Part shown: positions 38,501 to 50,327 of the stretch, one piece after another
Position numbering within the stretch: the first letter of the stretch is position 1
Layout of the letters: each line of letters starts with the position of its first letter
NCBI RefSeq assembly: GCF_902459465.1
Contig: NC_047065.1
Location: forward strand, 3,472,001-3,536,000
From: Asterias rubens
Lineage: Eukaryota
Reading direction: 5' to 3'
Length of the DNA stretch: 64,000 nucleotides
Program-made: the position numbers and the translations under genes
The notes under the pieces: generated by a model
Seen by the model: only the letters and a program-made list of their open reading frames with translations
What the model was told of the DNA's origin: nothing
Database searches by the model: none

Positions 38501-41500
38501 CTGTCCTGGCATACAGTTAGATTAATCCCAGAAAAATTGTACATTTTCAATTAAGAGCTTACTTAGTAAAACTACAAATCTTCTTGAGACATTTATTTCT
38601 ATTAAAATGGTTAAACTTTGTTCAAACCTGTGTTTGAATTTGAATGTTTATACATTGCCTGGTCAGCTAAAACAATAGCTAGTAAGTTACTAAAACAAAC
38701 ATAAACAAATATGAAGAAACAAAAACAGGCTTTACGGTTTATACTTTTCTTCTTTCTTTATGAAATGTTTTTTCTTTTTCTTATGCATCCTACACAACTG
38801 CAGTAAAATCTAAGAAGGAATAAAAGCTCTATTCACAGGAGAATATTTCAATGAAAATCAATCACCTTATTTTCAAAAAAGTTGTCCTTTTGCAACCAAA
38901 TTTTTATTTGCTACATGTTGATTGAATTAAGCACATGTGATTCAGGTCGTGATACTGAAAATCCCTGGTACCACATAAAGTTTCCCTTAGTTCAAGTTAT
39001 TACATGTTTTTCTGAACAATGTTATCACAATGTATTGATTGATGTTGACATGAAATAAATGTATCTGAAATGAACTTCAGCTCACCGTCATTGGGTCTCT
39101 AGCCGAGAAGACAGCCACTATCAGTCGTTTGGCTAGAGGAAGAAACTCACTGTAACACACGTTGGAAACCTTGCCTGCTTCACTATACACACAAAAACAT
39201 TACAGAACACTTAAAGACACTGGACACTATTGCTAATTGTCAAAGGCCAGTCTTTTCACTTTGTGCATCTCAACATATGCATACAACAACAAACCTTTTA
39301 AAATTTGAGCTCAATCGGTCGTCGAAGTTGCGAGATAGTAATTGAAGAAAAAACAAACTTGTCAAAAGAAGTTGTGTGCTTTCAGGTGCTTGATTTCAGG
39401 ACCTCAAATTCTAAATCTGAGGTCTCGAAATCAAATTCATGGAAAATTACTTCTTTCTCAAAAACTACGTTACTTCAGAGGGAGCCATTTCTCACAATGT
39501 TTTATACCGTCAACAGCTCCCCATTACTGGTTACCAAGGTTTTATGCTAATAATTATTTTGAGTAATTCCCAATAGTGTCAACTGCCTTTAAATTCTCAC
39601 CATTAGCTTGTTATTCTTACATTCAAATCTGTTTTAAAAGTTAAACAAGTGGCACGAGAATATTATGTGTGATATTTTTGTCCTTTCCCGATAGCAGGGG
39701 CTTTTAAAAAATCTTTATTAAACTGGGATACCATACTCCAATTAAGAATAATAATTAAATGACGACTTACTTTTTAAAATGTTTACTGATTTCAGAGATG
39801 TCTCTTTTGGTGAGAATGAGCCCAAAATCTTCTGAGTTGATGATCTGAAGAAAAAAAAAGAAAAAATAAAGACATTTTTATGAACAACAGTTGACAGTTA
39901 TGAAATTACACATGGATGTTGGAGGATGAGCCAAAGTTTGTTTTTATTTGGTTGCATGGTTGAAATTGAAAATGCAGTTACTTTGTTGTATATATTTGTA
40001 TAAGCATACAGTTGGTAGAGCACTTGAATGGTATTCAAGAGGTTGAAGGTTCGATTCCCAATTCTACTTAGCTACTCATCCAAAAGGGGAATTTAAAGTT
40101 GCAAACTGCTAACCTGCCAACAAATTGTTTCTGTCATTGACGTTTCTAAGATTGCATATTTCAATTACGAATTGTTCTGCCTGGGTGAACATAACCGATT
40201 TGGATTTTCAGCGATTTTTCAAAAAAAGTACCATCTTTTACAAAAAAAAATCACAGGTTGAGTTTTCGTTTTTACATAACAAAATCGCAGTTTCATAAAC
40301 CAATGTATACAATCCCTTAGTCTTTTTGACGGCCTTTTTTGATAATGACTTGCCAGGGTCCAAACATAAGGCCACCAACAATGTTTGCGTCTGTGATATA
40401 TACACTTACTCTGATGAAATCATTGAGATTGATCCTGCCATCTTTATTCATGTCTGCCGTTTCCATGGCATCCCTCAAGGCATCCTCAAAGAGAAAAAGC
40501 TCCGGTTGGTTGTCATAGTCAACTGGTCTGTCTGACCTGAAAAAGGATCAAGCACAAAAAAATGTTTTTTTTAAATCACAGTAGGTTTGTGGGTTAATTA
40601 TTGTATGCACATGAAACAAAAAAGAAAAAACATTAACTTTCATACATTTTTGGGACAATGGTTTTTATTACATCCCAAATTACCTCTTTCTCTAAAACTG
40701 CCTTGTTTTAAATGCGGAACAAAGTTGTTTAATATCAACAGCTCTCCAGTGCTTTTACCAAGTAACTTTATGCTACTTAATTTGTGTAATTACCCAAGGA
40801 GAACCCTCATTTCGAAACAAAATATTAACTAATCTTGTTGACCCATTACACCATGCACCACACGCAGCAACTGGCAAGGGGACGTCTGTCATGCTCGCCA
40901 TTTTGGTAGTCAAGTTGCACAAAGCATGTTAATGCCGGGCCACCTAAATTGCACACTACACACAGGGACATTGACTCAAAAAAAAGATGCAACCAAGAAT
41001 ATTGTGATGATGAAGTCACTTAAAATCAGTCAATAGAGGTTTAAATGAAATTACCTACCGAACGGTTCCTGTGTGTTTGTTGAAGTAGTAGGGTGGTGAA
41101 TCCTTCCCTCTATCAAGAATGCTCCAGGGATTCTGAAATATTAAGAGATATAGATTATCAAAGTTGAAGTCTAAAGTTCAATTCCAAGGAATAACTTCCA
41201 AATCAGTCAGCGAGCAACTTTAGAATTTAAAGGCAATGGACACTATTGGTAATTACTCAAAATAATTATTAGCATAAAACCTTACTTGGTAACAAGTAAT
41301 GGGGAGAGGTTGATAGTATAAAACATTGTGAGAAATGGCTCCCTCTAAAGTGACGTAGTTTTTCGAGAAAGAAGTAATTTTCCACAAATTTGATTTTGAG
41401 ACCTCAGAATTAGATTTTGAGGTCTCAAAATCAAGCATCTGAAAGCACACAACTTCGTGTGACGAGGGTGTTTCTTCTTTCATCATTATCTCGCAACTTC

Positions 41501-44289
41501 GAAGACAAATTCAGCTCAAATTTTCACAGGTTTGTTATTTAATGCATATGTTGAGATACACAAAGTGAGAAGACTCGTCTTTGACAATTACCAATAGTGT
41601 CCAGTGTCTTTAAACCAATGTTTGTCTGAGAGAGATTGGCTGTTGTAAGCTTTTGTGTTTATATTCCCTAATGGGAGTTTGCAGAGTTCTCTTGACGGGT
41701 AGATAATCTAAACAAGCAAAGAACTGACAAAATCTCACCCTTGAGTTTGAATCCTCCTTGTTGTAGAACAGCATCAGCAAATACTTTGCCAGAGGGAGAA
41801 ACTCATCGAATGATACAGGCAAATCCTATTAAGTAAATTAAAAAACAGAATTATCAAATACATAACAGAAGTATCAAACTCACAACAATAGATCTGATGC
41901 ACATGACATCATTTTTATCAAGTTCAAAGTCAAAAGAAGGTTGCTTATCAGCTTATTGGCCCACCGTGGCACAACTTCCAGATTTTGTCGTGCACAAATT
42001 TTTCACAAAGAACCATTATAAAAGTATCAAAATTTTTATTATATGCATTTTATTAGATTTTCTTTCAAAAAAATGTATTAAACTTTACACAAATTTGAAC
42101 AAATGGGTCTGTAGATTGCAAAAAGAAAAAATTTTTGTCAGTCAATATTACTAAAAAAGGAGCATTAAACAAGTCATAACTTTTTTAAAGTCTATTTGGT
42201 GCATATAACAAAACTTTATTTCTGTTTCTATAATTACCTTAATGTCTTTCCGTCCGCCACTGCAATCCTTCTCCAGTTTTCTTATGTCTTCCGCAGACAG
42301 TTCAAGTTCTAATGATGGTGACTTCAGAACCTAAACAGAACATGCAAATGCTTAAATTAACCAATTTACTCTTGATGCTTTCTGGATTCGGTCGGAAATT
42401 AGTGAAAACTTGAAGACCTACAATTCTGTCAAAAATTCATGTAGCACTTTATAAGGGTTTACAAGGTCGATTGGCAGCTAACTTGGCAGCCACTGCCAAA
42501 AAAACCGGAGCAAATCCCTTCCTCTTACAAATGTCTTAGTGTTGAAGGGTTCTTCAACATGTATTACACAATAAACATGACCTAAGGCTTTATGTCTCGT
42601 CCAGAGGATGAAGCAATAATAGTAAAGTGTCTGGCTTCAGGACACAAGGTCAAGACTGTAACTCAAACCAATACTCTTCAGGGTAATAAGCAAAAAAATT
42701 TGCTTCGCATGAAATTTCTTCCTTGATAAAAACAGGATTACCAACCAAATTTCCATTTGTTGCATATTGCTCGTTACAGGTATTCAGCTGTTGTTTGCTT
42801 ATCCCAAAATCACGTGGGAATTTGGTTGGTAATCCTCTATGAAATTGGGCCCTGGTGAGAAACACCAGCAGGCCATAATGGGAGACTTTTGGACAGTCCT
42901 TTTATACAGTTCTTGCCAGGTGTGTGTGGTACCGACCATTATTTCTGCTGCCATCAGGGTCTCAAGAGTCTCCCCTTAGCCTTTTTGAGGTATGATGGAC
43001 ACTATAGGAGTGCACTGTTTGGTTTGGGTGCATACATACAAGTTTACCCAAACCGGATAGTGTCTTATGAATGTGTTCACCAAAACTCAAAATGGATTAA
43101 TGTCAGCATATTAAGTTATACTCACCGAGGTGAACTCTGCTCGCCTAAGCCTTTTATCACTATCCACATCGGCGCTGTCAAACACCACGAAGGCCAGCTC
43201 CTTGAAGGGATCCTCAAAGCGTCTCGCTTGGCGGCTGAGCAGCCTCGGAGACTTTCCAGACTTCTTGCTGCCGCGACGAGGCCTATCATACGACCACTCG
43301 TCGTCATCCTCCTCCATCCAGACGGTGGGCCTGAGTTTGACCTTGGGGAGCTTAGCGAAAGGGTCAGCGCACACCTTACGGGATGCCTTGCGCCTCTTCT
43401 TCGGGGCTGGTTGATTGGCAGGAGGAGGACTTGGGGTCAAATCTTCACCTGATGTATTGCTGGTTGCCATGGCAACTAAAGATTTTGTAACAAATTTGAA
43501 AAATTGTCAGTTGTAGATGGAAAAAAAATTAAAATAAGTTTGATTTTGTCCCAATATAGCTCAGATGGAAAAAAAAAAATCCTAGATCAACTGCAGATTT
43601 GTTGTTAAATCATACATAAAAAGATATTGCAGATTTTATCCAAAGTGAAAAAGTGAAATACCTCTCTCGGCTGCTAAATCTCCTTCAAGAACCAGTTCGT
43701 CTTCAGTGGTGTCCTGCAGAAGTAAATTGAACAATCCCTGACTTTGATGATTTGGCTGAAAATTACCCTTTGGCGCAGTGGAAGAGTCCGCTAAATCACC
43801 AGGAGATGATCTTGTTGTGCTCAACTCATTACAGTCATCAGCGGAAGGTTCCACACTATGAGGGTAGATATTTTGGAAAGTTTTTGCATCATCACCTTTT
43901 GAAGGATGACCCCCACAGCACATCCTTGACCTTGGTCTCACCTCAGGGTTTTGGGTATCTAAGGAATTATTGTCCCTGAGTTTCAAAGCATTGTCATTTT
44001 GAGCTGTTTCATTAGTCATTCCGAACCGTGAAGTTGAACTTTGACCTGAAGTGGTATCCTTAAGGTCAGGGGTCAACTCATTAAAGTCCATATCTGAGTC
44101 TCTCACAGACAGAGTTGAAAGTTTCTTCCCAACAATTTTTGGCCTTTCACCACGCTCACTTCTAATCTTTCCAGGACTCTGATTGGCTGGGTCTTGCATT
44201 GTATCCATGGCTCTGACTCGTTCATTTTGAGGCGTGCCATCATTCAGATGACTGATGATTGGTTCCCTCCTGAATGCTGAAGCCATCAT
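29581..44289 (-). CDS. Uncharacterised multidomain protein: 2x(EF-hand pair + WW-like), coiled coil, C-terminal CAP-Gly; about 1129 aa
   Basis: 20 GT-AG exons: 44289-43662, 43475-43126, 42330-42238, 41825-41739, 41132-41059, 40536-40410, 39844-39771, 39182-39086, 37355-37231, 36845-36758, 36602-36504, 35523-35439, 35119-35056, 34549-34378, 33778-33366, 33133-33085, 32150-31730, 30766-30650, 30194-30088, 29700-29581. Lengths sum to 3390 nt with every phase compatible and no internal stop. The start codon is uncertain (see findings). Confidence 0.85.
30860..31226. mobile_element. MITE family A copy
   Basis: Full TIRs with TTAA flanks. Confidence 0.8.
31327..31515. repeat. Palindromic element (about 70 bp arms), probable MITE
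   Basis: TTCGGAGTTCCAGCTGCGCATGTCTGTTACTGCTGACAACGCAATT is mirrored by AATTGCGTTGTCAGCAGTAACAGATATGCGCAGCTGGAACTCCGAA. Confidence 0.8.
32338..32724. mobile_element. MITE family A copy
   Basis: TIRs and body as at 4403-4789. Confidence 0.8.
33928..34173. mobile_element. GGGCCC-ended palindromic MITE family
   Basis: CAGGGCCCAATTTCATAGAGCTGCTAAGCACAAAAATTTGCTTAGCATGAAATTT...mirror...GGGCCCTG. Other copies at 36195-36432, 51731-51971, 42670-42853 (partial) and 47198-47260 (partial); related ends at 18055-18296, 49335-49440 and 3293-3470. Confidence 0.8.
35768..36107. mobile_element. MITE with AAGCTTGGGCGATAT TIRs
   Basis: AAGCTTGGGCGATATC ... GATATCGCCCAAGCTT with multiple subterminal CGATAT/ATATCG repeats. 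Confidence 0.75.
39211..39591. mobile_element. MITE family A copy
   Basis: TIRs and body as at 4403-4789. Confidence 0.8.
41227..41613. mobile_element. MITE family A copy
   Basis: TIRs and body as at 4403-4789, opposite orientation. Confidence 0.8.
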
Positions 44290-46392
44290 TGGTAGACTCC
44301 CGTGAACCAGTGTCTTGCAATGTTCTGTTTGCTGGTATCTGTGTATCTTTGTCTGAATTTGTGAAAACAGGCATTTTGGTCTTAGACCTACATTGTCTGT
44401 TGAGAGAGGAAGTAAAAAAATTATAAAATACATAGAAAGCAACAAAATGCATTTAGAAAAATGCATAAATCAATCCTTCACACAAGCCCATTATTGAACA
44501 TAAGCTGGTCAGCTTATCAGTAGTATTTATTTCCTCACTTACTCTAATTGCTTATTGTTTAACTATATACTGCAAACCGTACTATATTATAGTTTTATCT
44601 AACCACAAACTTGTTTCAATGATTGAACACAGAAAGAACACATAAATAACTTACAGATAAAACAATTGAAAAATTGTTCCAAAAAGTTTGTTTACAAAGT
44701 TTACCAGTTAATCTTTACATGTATCTTTACAAAGTTTGACACAATACAAATCATTACAATTTACAAAATGGCAGACTGCTTATACACAAAACAGTTGTTC
44801 AAAGCAGTGCTGACAAAAAAAATTTAAATAACATTTTACGGATTTTTATCACAGTTGAAAAATTGTTCTGAAACTTACCCTTTTACAGTCTTCTTAATAT
44901 GTGAACAACACAACCAAGATTGCTATCTGTCATGCATGGTGACCAGTCTTTCCGATACGCATGAGCACGCTCCAAAATGGCTTCCGCAAGATCCTGACAA
45001 CCACCTTACATTCATCCCCATCAGAAAATAGGTTCCATCTCCAAGCAGTTGAATGAATGCTCTGCAACAAAAGAAACAGTTTGCAGGACCTCAGTTGAAA
45101 TTTTAATGAGAAAAAACATATGAAAGTTTAATTAGGACAGCAGGGGACTTGGATGGTTGCTAGAATGGCATTAAAATTTCATTTTGACAAGACGGTTATG
45201 AAATATTAATGATGTGCAACATCATTGTTGGCTGAGTTGAGACTAGCCTTCTGTCGTTGCCTTCATGGCTTGGAAAGCTTTGTAGCTGCAAAGTGACTAA
45301 AAGCAGAGACTACACCTGCAAGTACGTTGGGTGACAAGTCTGGCTTCGCTACTCCTGTGTATGGTCTCCAGTTCCAGTCGCTTTGCAGCTACAAAGCTGT
45401 CCAAGCCGCGAAGGCATTGACAAAAGGCTAACTTGAAAACAGACATCAGTCCATGTTCCAATGGACTGGACATGAGGTTAGGATTTAGCTCGACTAAACC
45501 CGACAGGTAGACTCCGCAAGGTTCAAAACGCGAGGCCAATTTACCACTTTTTGCATCAAGTCCGCAAAAAGACAACAATGGGTTGAAGATTCTGCCCTTC
45601 AAAGCACACTGAGCTTACAATTCAACACACTCTTGATCTATTATGAGGCAAATTATTTGCTACCATCAGTTTCTTACCATACAATGTCAACCATGGTTAA
45701 ACAGTATGTGTACAACTTTCCCACAGCAACAAAATCCTAGTGAAGATGTTTAATGCTCAGTTCTCCGTCAGTCCTCGGAGCTTCACATTCCGAGACAGAA
45801 TACTCTGTGTTGGTATAAATCCCGACCTCCGATTACAATCCCACAGACGAGAATGAAGAACAAAACTTTTGCGAGGGCCAACGCACTGCTGCAAAGACGA
45901 AACCCCAGCTCACTTTCTTGACAATAGTTTTTGTGTTCAGCCAGGTGATGCTCAACCTGTTAGAAAAGATTTCAAGTGGATGTCTTAAGAAAAGGAACAC
46001 TTCTAAGTGAAGCTGATTAAAGAGAGGCTCAGATACACATTATTAAGGAGGGGGTAAGGGATTAAAGTGATTATCTCCTAATCCTATTAGAATCAGGAGA
46101 TAATGCCAATGGTCTGTTTGAAAATAGACTGTTATCTGGCTTTTATGCCACATAAAAGTAGGGTTATTTGTGATTGAGACCGAAAATGTTTCTTCATAGT
46201 CCCATTATAAGGACTGCAATGCTAAAGTTGCAAGAGATGCCCAAAACTCATTGCAAACTTACATTATTTATTTACTTTTACCTTTTTAATAGAATAAATA
46301 AATGCAGAAAATAGTTACTGGCCCGACGGAAAGGCAGAATATATAAATGTATAACATTTGGGATAGAGACAGAAAATGTTTCTTACATCATC

Positions 46393-46540
46393 AGGGGTGG
46401 ATTTCACAAAGAGTTAGGACTAAGTCTTAACTTAAGACTAGTCCTAAGAGAGATCAAAAACGTACAGTTAGTCCTAAGTTATAGTACCTTGTCCTAACTC
46501 GAGATAAGACTAGTCCTGACTCTTTGTGAAATCCACCCCA
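46393..46540. mobile_element. Palindromic MITE (GGGGTGGATTTCACAAAGAG ends)
   Basis: GGGGTGGATTTCACAAAGAGT ... ACTCTTTGTGAAATCCACCCC with internal TAGGACTAGTCCTA repeats; related sequence at about 30312-30560. Confidence 0.75.
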
Positions 46541-47619
46541 GTTTCAGCATGAAATATACATGCCCAAAACTCATGCAAACCAATATAATCACAATCAGTT
46601 TTTTTAATTGAATATCTAAACTTCAAACTTACCGTTTTAAACCAGTGATTTATGTGTTAAATGCAGACCATATTCTGTCCAGATGGTAATAAAATTCATT
46701 GTTATGAGTTTAGTTGATATATATTTTGTCCACATTTCCCAGTAGCTGATTTCACCATAGAAGCGTGACAGTATGAATAACAGAAAGTGCTCATTCAGAT
46801 GTTAATCAATATTAATGGATAAGCAACCTGCAAACTTTATGTTGGCAAGATCAAAAAAATGTAGCCTGGTTCAGCCACAATTCTCCTTTCCTACACTGTG
46901 CGAGTTCAAATGCAATGTGATTTCAGGCTGGATTCTATCCCTTTCAAGTGTCAATATTGATAATCAATATCTTGAACAAACACGCCACACACTGAACAGT
47001 CTCTCACCCCCATCAACTCTTTTGTGTTCCCTCATTGTAGGCTTAAGAAAACATGGCATCTTAAAAAATAACAAAGGTGCATTAGCGACTAGAGGGTGAA
47101 TATTTAACTCAAGAGCAAACTAAACAGTATTGAGGACAATTGTGGTAAAAATATAGTGAGCTCTGCGTGATAGCGCCACTGTGGACACAAATTTACCATG
47201 GCCCAATTTCATAGAGCTTATGCAAAAAAATGTTGCTTAAGAATTTTTTGCTTAGCAGAAATGAGCAGAACACCAGTCACAAGTTGCACATGCAAAAGGC
47301 CTTGCATAACAGACCTGAGCCTTTCCAATAAACAAAATGATACAATATGTAATAGAATTCACCTTAAATTCACACATTTATTCACTTAGATTTTTTTTAA
47401 TCAACAATGCAGGCAGTTTTAGACACATTTTGAATTGTGGTTTCCACAAAATTATATAGTTTGATCCCACCGTTAGACTATAACTGAATGTTATGTTTTT
47501 ATATTAATGTGAAAACTAATTTTCAAATATCTTTACAAAATTATTTGTGAATATGACAACAAATGCGTTGAAGGGAAGATGAAAGTCCCTTCATAACGAA
47601 ATTGTTCAAATCTGTATCA

Positions 47620-47974
47620 GTTTAAAGCATGGGACACATTTGGTAATTGTCAAAGACCAGTATTGTCACTTGGTGTATCCCATTATATGGATTAAATAAC
47701 AAGCCTGTGAAAATTTGGGCTCAATTGGTCATCAAGAGAATAATGAAAGAAAAAATACTTTGTTGCATTACTTTGTGTGCTTTCAGACGCATAATAAAAG
47801 GCTTCAGCTGAAGTATTTTATTATTTGAGTGAGAAATTACCTCTTTCTCAAAAACTACATTTTTTCAGGGGGAGCCATTTTATACTAGCAACAGCTCTCC
47901 AATGCTCAATACCAAGTAACTTTTTATGCTAACAATTATTTGGAGTAATAACTGATAGTGTCCATTGCCTTTAA
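47620..47974. mobile_element. MITE family A, diverged copy
   Basis: Recognisable but more diverged TIRs and body. Confidence 0.7.
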
Positions 47975-50327
47975 CTATTTTTACGCTGTTATGTACAGTT
48001 CAGCTGCCTCGAGCATCACTGAGTGATGGATATGCGCACTATATTAAACAAGCCACTATTATTATTGTTATTAATTTGGCACTATCTCACTGTTCCAAAG
48101 ACTTTATCAAAGACTAACCATTTCAATTTTAATTTTGGAAAATCTTTATTTGTAAATTTTGTCTTAACTTGCTGCCAGCAGATGGTTTCTGTTGCCTGTT
48201 ATGGAGTGGCATTAATAGGCCACCGTAGCCTTGCTGTATGATGATGTCATGGACTGTGAATAAACCACTTTCAGTAAATGCTACTACTGGAGTCTTGCCA
48301 TCTTTAGAAGATGGTTTAGAACATGGTGTCAGAAGTGTCAGAAGTCGCAATGTATTTTTTTTTACCACATGCTGGTCACGAGGTCAACAGTGAAGGGATC
48401 CGGGAAAGTGGCCATACCTTATGCATGTATTCGATGACCAGCGTGTGGTACGAAAACAAAATTGCTGCCCAGTCCAACTTCAGTAGACTTGGTTTCAAGT
48501 CTGCGATCGTGGCTTTTAGTCTCCCCGATAGCCAATACATTATTGCCTGAAATAGCGCCCCCCTCTTGTAGATTCACCCATGTCACTATCCTATGAAATT
48601 GTGAGTTGGGGCATTTTTTGTGGCTGATGTATTTTTTGTGGCTGATGCAGAGGAATAACCACGATCTAAGACTTGAAATCAAGTCTACAACTTCAGGAGC
48701 AAATAACCCCTAGTGAGTTCAGAGTTTAATCTTTAAAAAACCATCACTGCTGAAATAAGTTTACACTCACTGGATGTGCCTCAAACAGCAAAGAAATCTC
48801 TATCTAACTTAAGGTAGACCATCCAATGGCTGTGTATTTATTGTAAGAATGCACACCGTAAAAGTGAAGTTTAAAGAAATTGAATTGTCATCCAAAACTA
48901 CACACTCAAAACTACTATGTTAAAATCTTTGAAGCATGCATGCTAAGTATTGTGTCCAACATACCTAAAAATGGATTGTTGGTAATTAGCCATTTTGAGG
49001 TGGCTTAGTAATAAGCCATTTTGAGGTATAGTGGACAGAATACCGTTGACACTATTTAGTTTGGGTAATTTTTTGTCTAGCTGTAGACACCCAAACCAAA
49101 AAGCGCACTCCTAGGGTCCAACATACCTCAACAATGCTAACTTGGGCATGCTAGGCACGATTAAGGATACACAAATCCGAGTACATTAGGTGTGAAGAGA
49201 GATAGTTACTGAATTTGTCTAGTGACTTGGGCCCAATTATGGTTACACAAACAGGGAATTTAGCCCTTAAGTCATTCAGGGGTTAGCAGGGACTTTTTGT
49301 ATGAGCCCTTGCATACTCCACACTACTAGGCATTCTTCGCTTACACAGCTAGCGAAGAAATTCGGTGCTTGCACAAAAAGTGGAGAATTTTGATCGTAAG
49401 CGCATAATTCGGCAGTAAGCAGAGCTATGATGTTGGGCCCAGCTGCCAAGTACAGCTGGTTGTTATCAAGCCGTAACCAACTTTATAGTATTTTTAAAAT
49501 ATTGAAATATTGAAAATAACCATTCTTTAATTGTACTACAAATTGTTTTCATCATTTTAGTACACCTATTTTCATATATCTATGGAACAGGAAACAAGAC
49601 CAGTATATTAATCTTTAAAATGTATTGTAGGCCCTTTTCGAAATCACGGCTTTGGCTTAGGCTCAGCCTTGGGCTCTGTCGGTAGTTTCGAAAAAAAGCA
49701 TGCACTTTCAGTACAGGACTTCGAACAGGATCCCTAAACAAGCACCCAAGCCTAAACCGTGGTTTTCCCCAAAATGGCCACATCCCAACATTTTCCTATA
49801 AAATTTACAAATTCAAAATTTTCTCAGAGTTTAGAAGAAACTCAAGTTGACAACATGGAAGAAGGAAATAATTTTTTTTATCAGAAATAGGAAAAAATTG
49901 AGATGCGGTAACAGACCCCTTGCAAATGAAAGCATTAACGTTTAAGGCTTTAAGTGGACAAAATATGTTTCCAAAGGCTGATGACACTAAAGACTTTGGT
50001 ACACTCTAAAGGGCTACCAGCAGCTGCGACCCCCACTTGACCTCATTACTGAGGATCTATCAATGGTTTACACACAACTGTATGAGATAAATATATTGAT
50101 GAGTCTTCAACAATTACCATAAATGAAGATTACAATTGAACCAAACCGGTACCAGACTATTTTCCTCCAAGCCTCAGTTTGGTTACATTGATCTGATTGG
50201 ATGAACGTGGCTGCATCTTGATTCAAGATGGGGATTTACGATGACTTAAACAACACCTACATGTAGGGTAGCTTTAGTATACAACTCATTTGAAAGGGGT
50301 CTACAAGAATTGTTCCTCTTCATTCCT

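Noticed and set aside
45297-45602. 101-aa ORF MKGRIFNPLL...
   Set aside because: No recognisable domain or splice linkage; it overlaps the hairpin and is likely incidental.
48129-48368. ORF ...SKDGKTPVVAFTESGLFTVHDII...
   Set aside because: It could not be linked by splice sites to any gene and matches no family I recognise.
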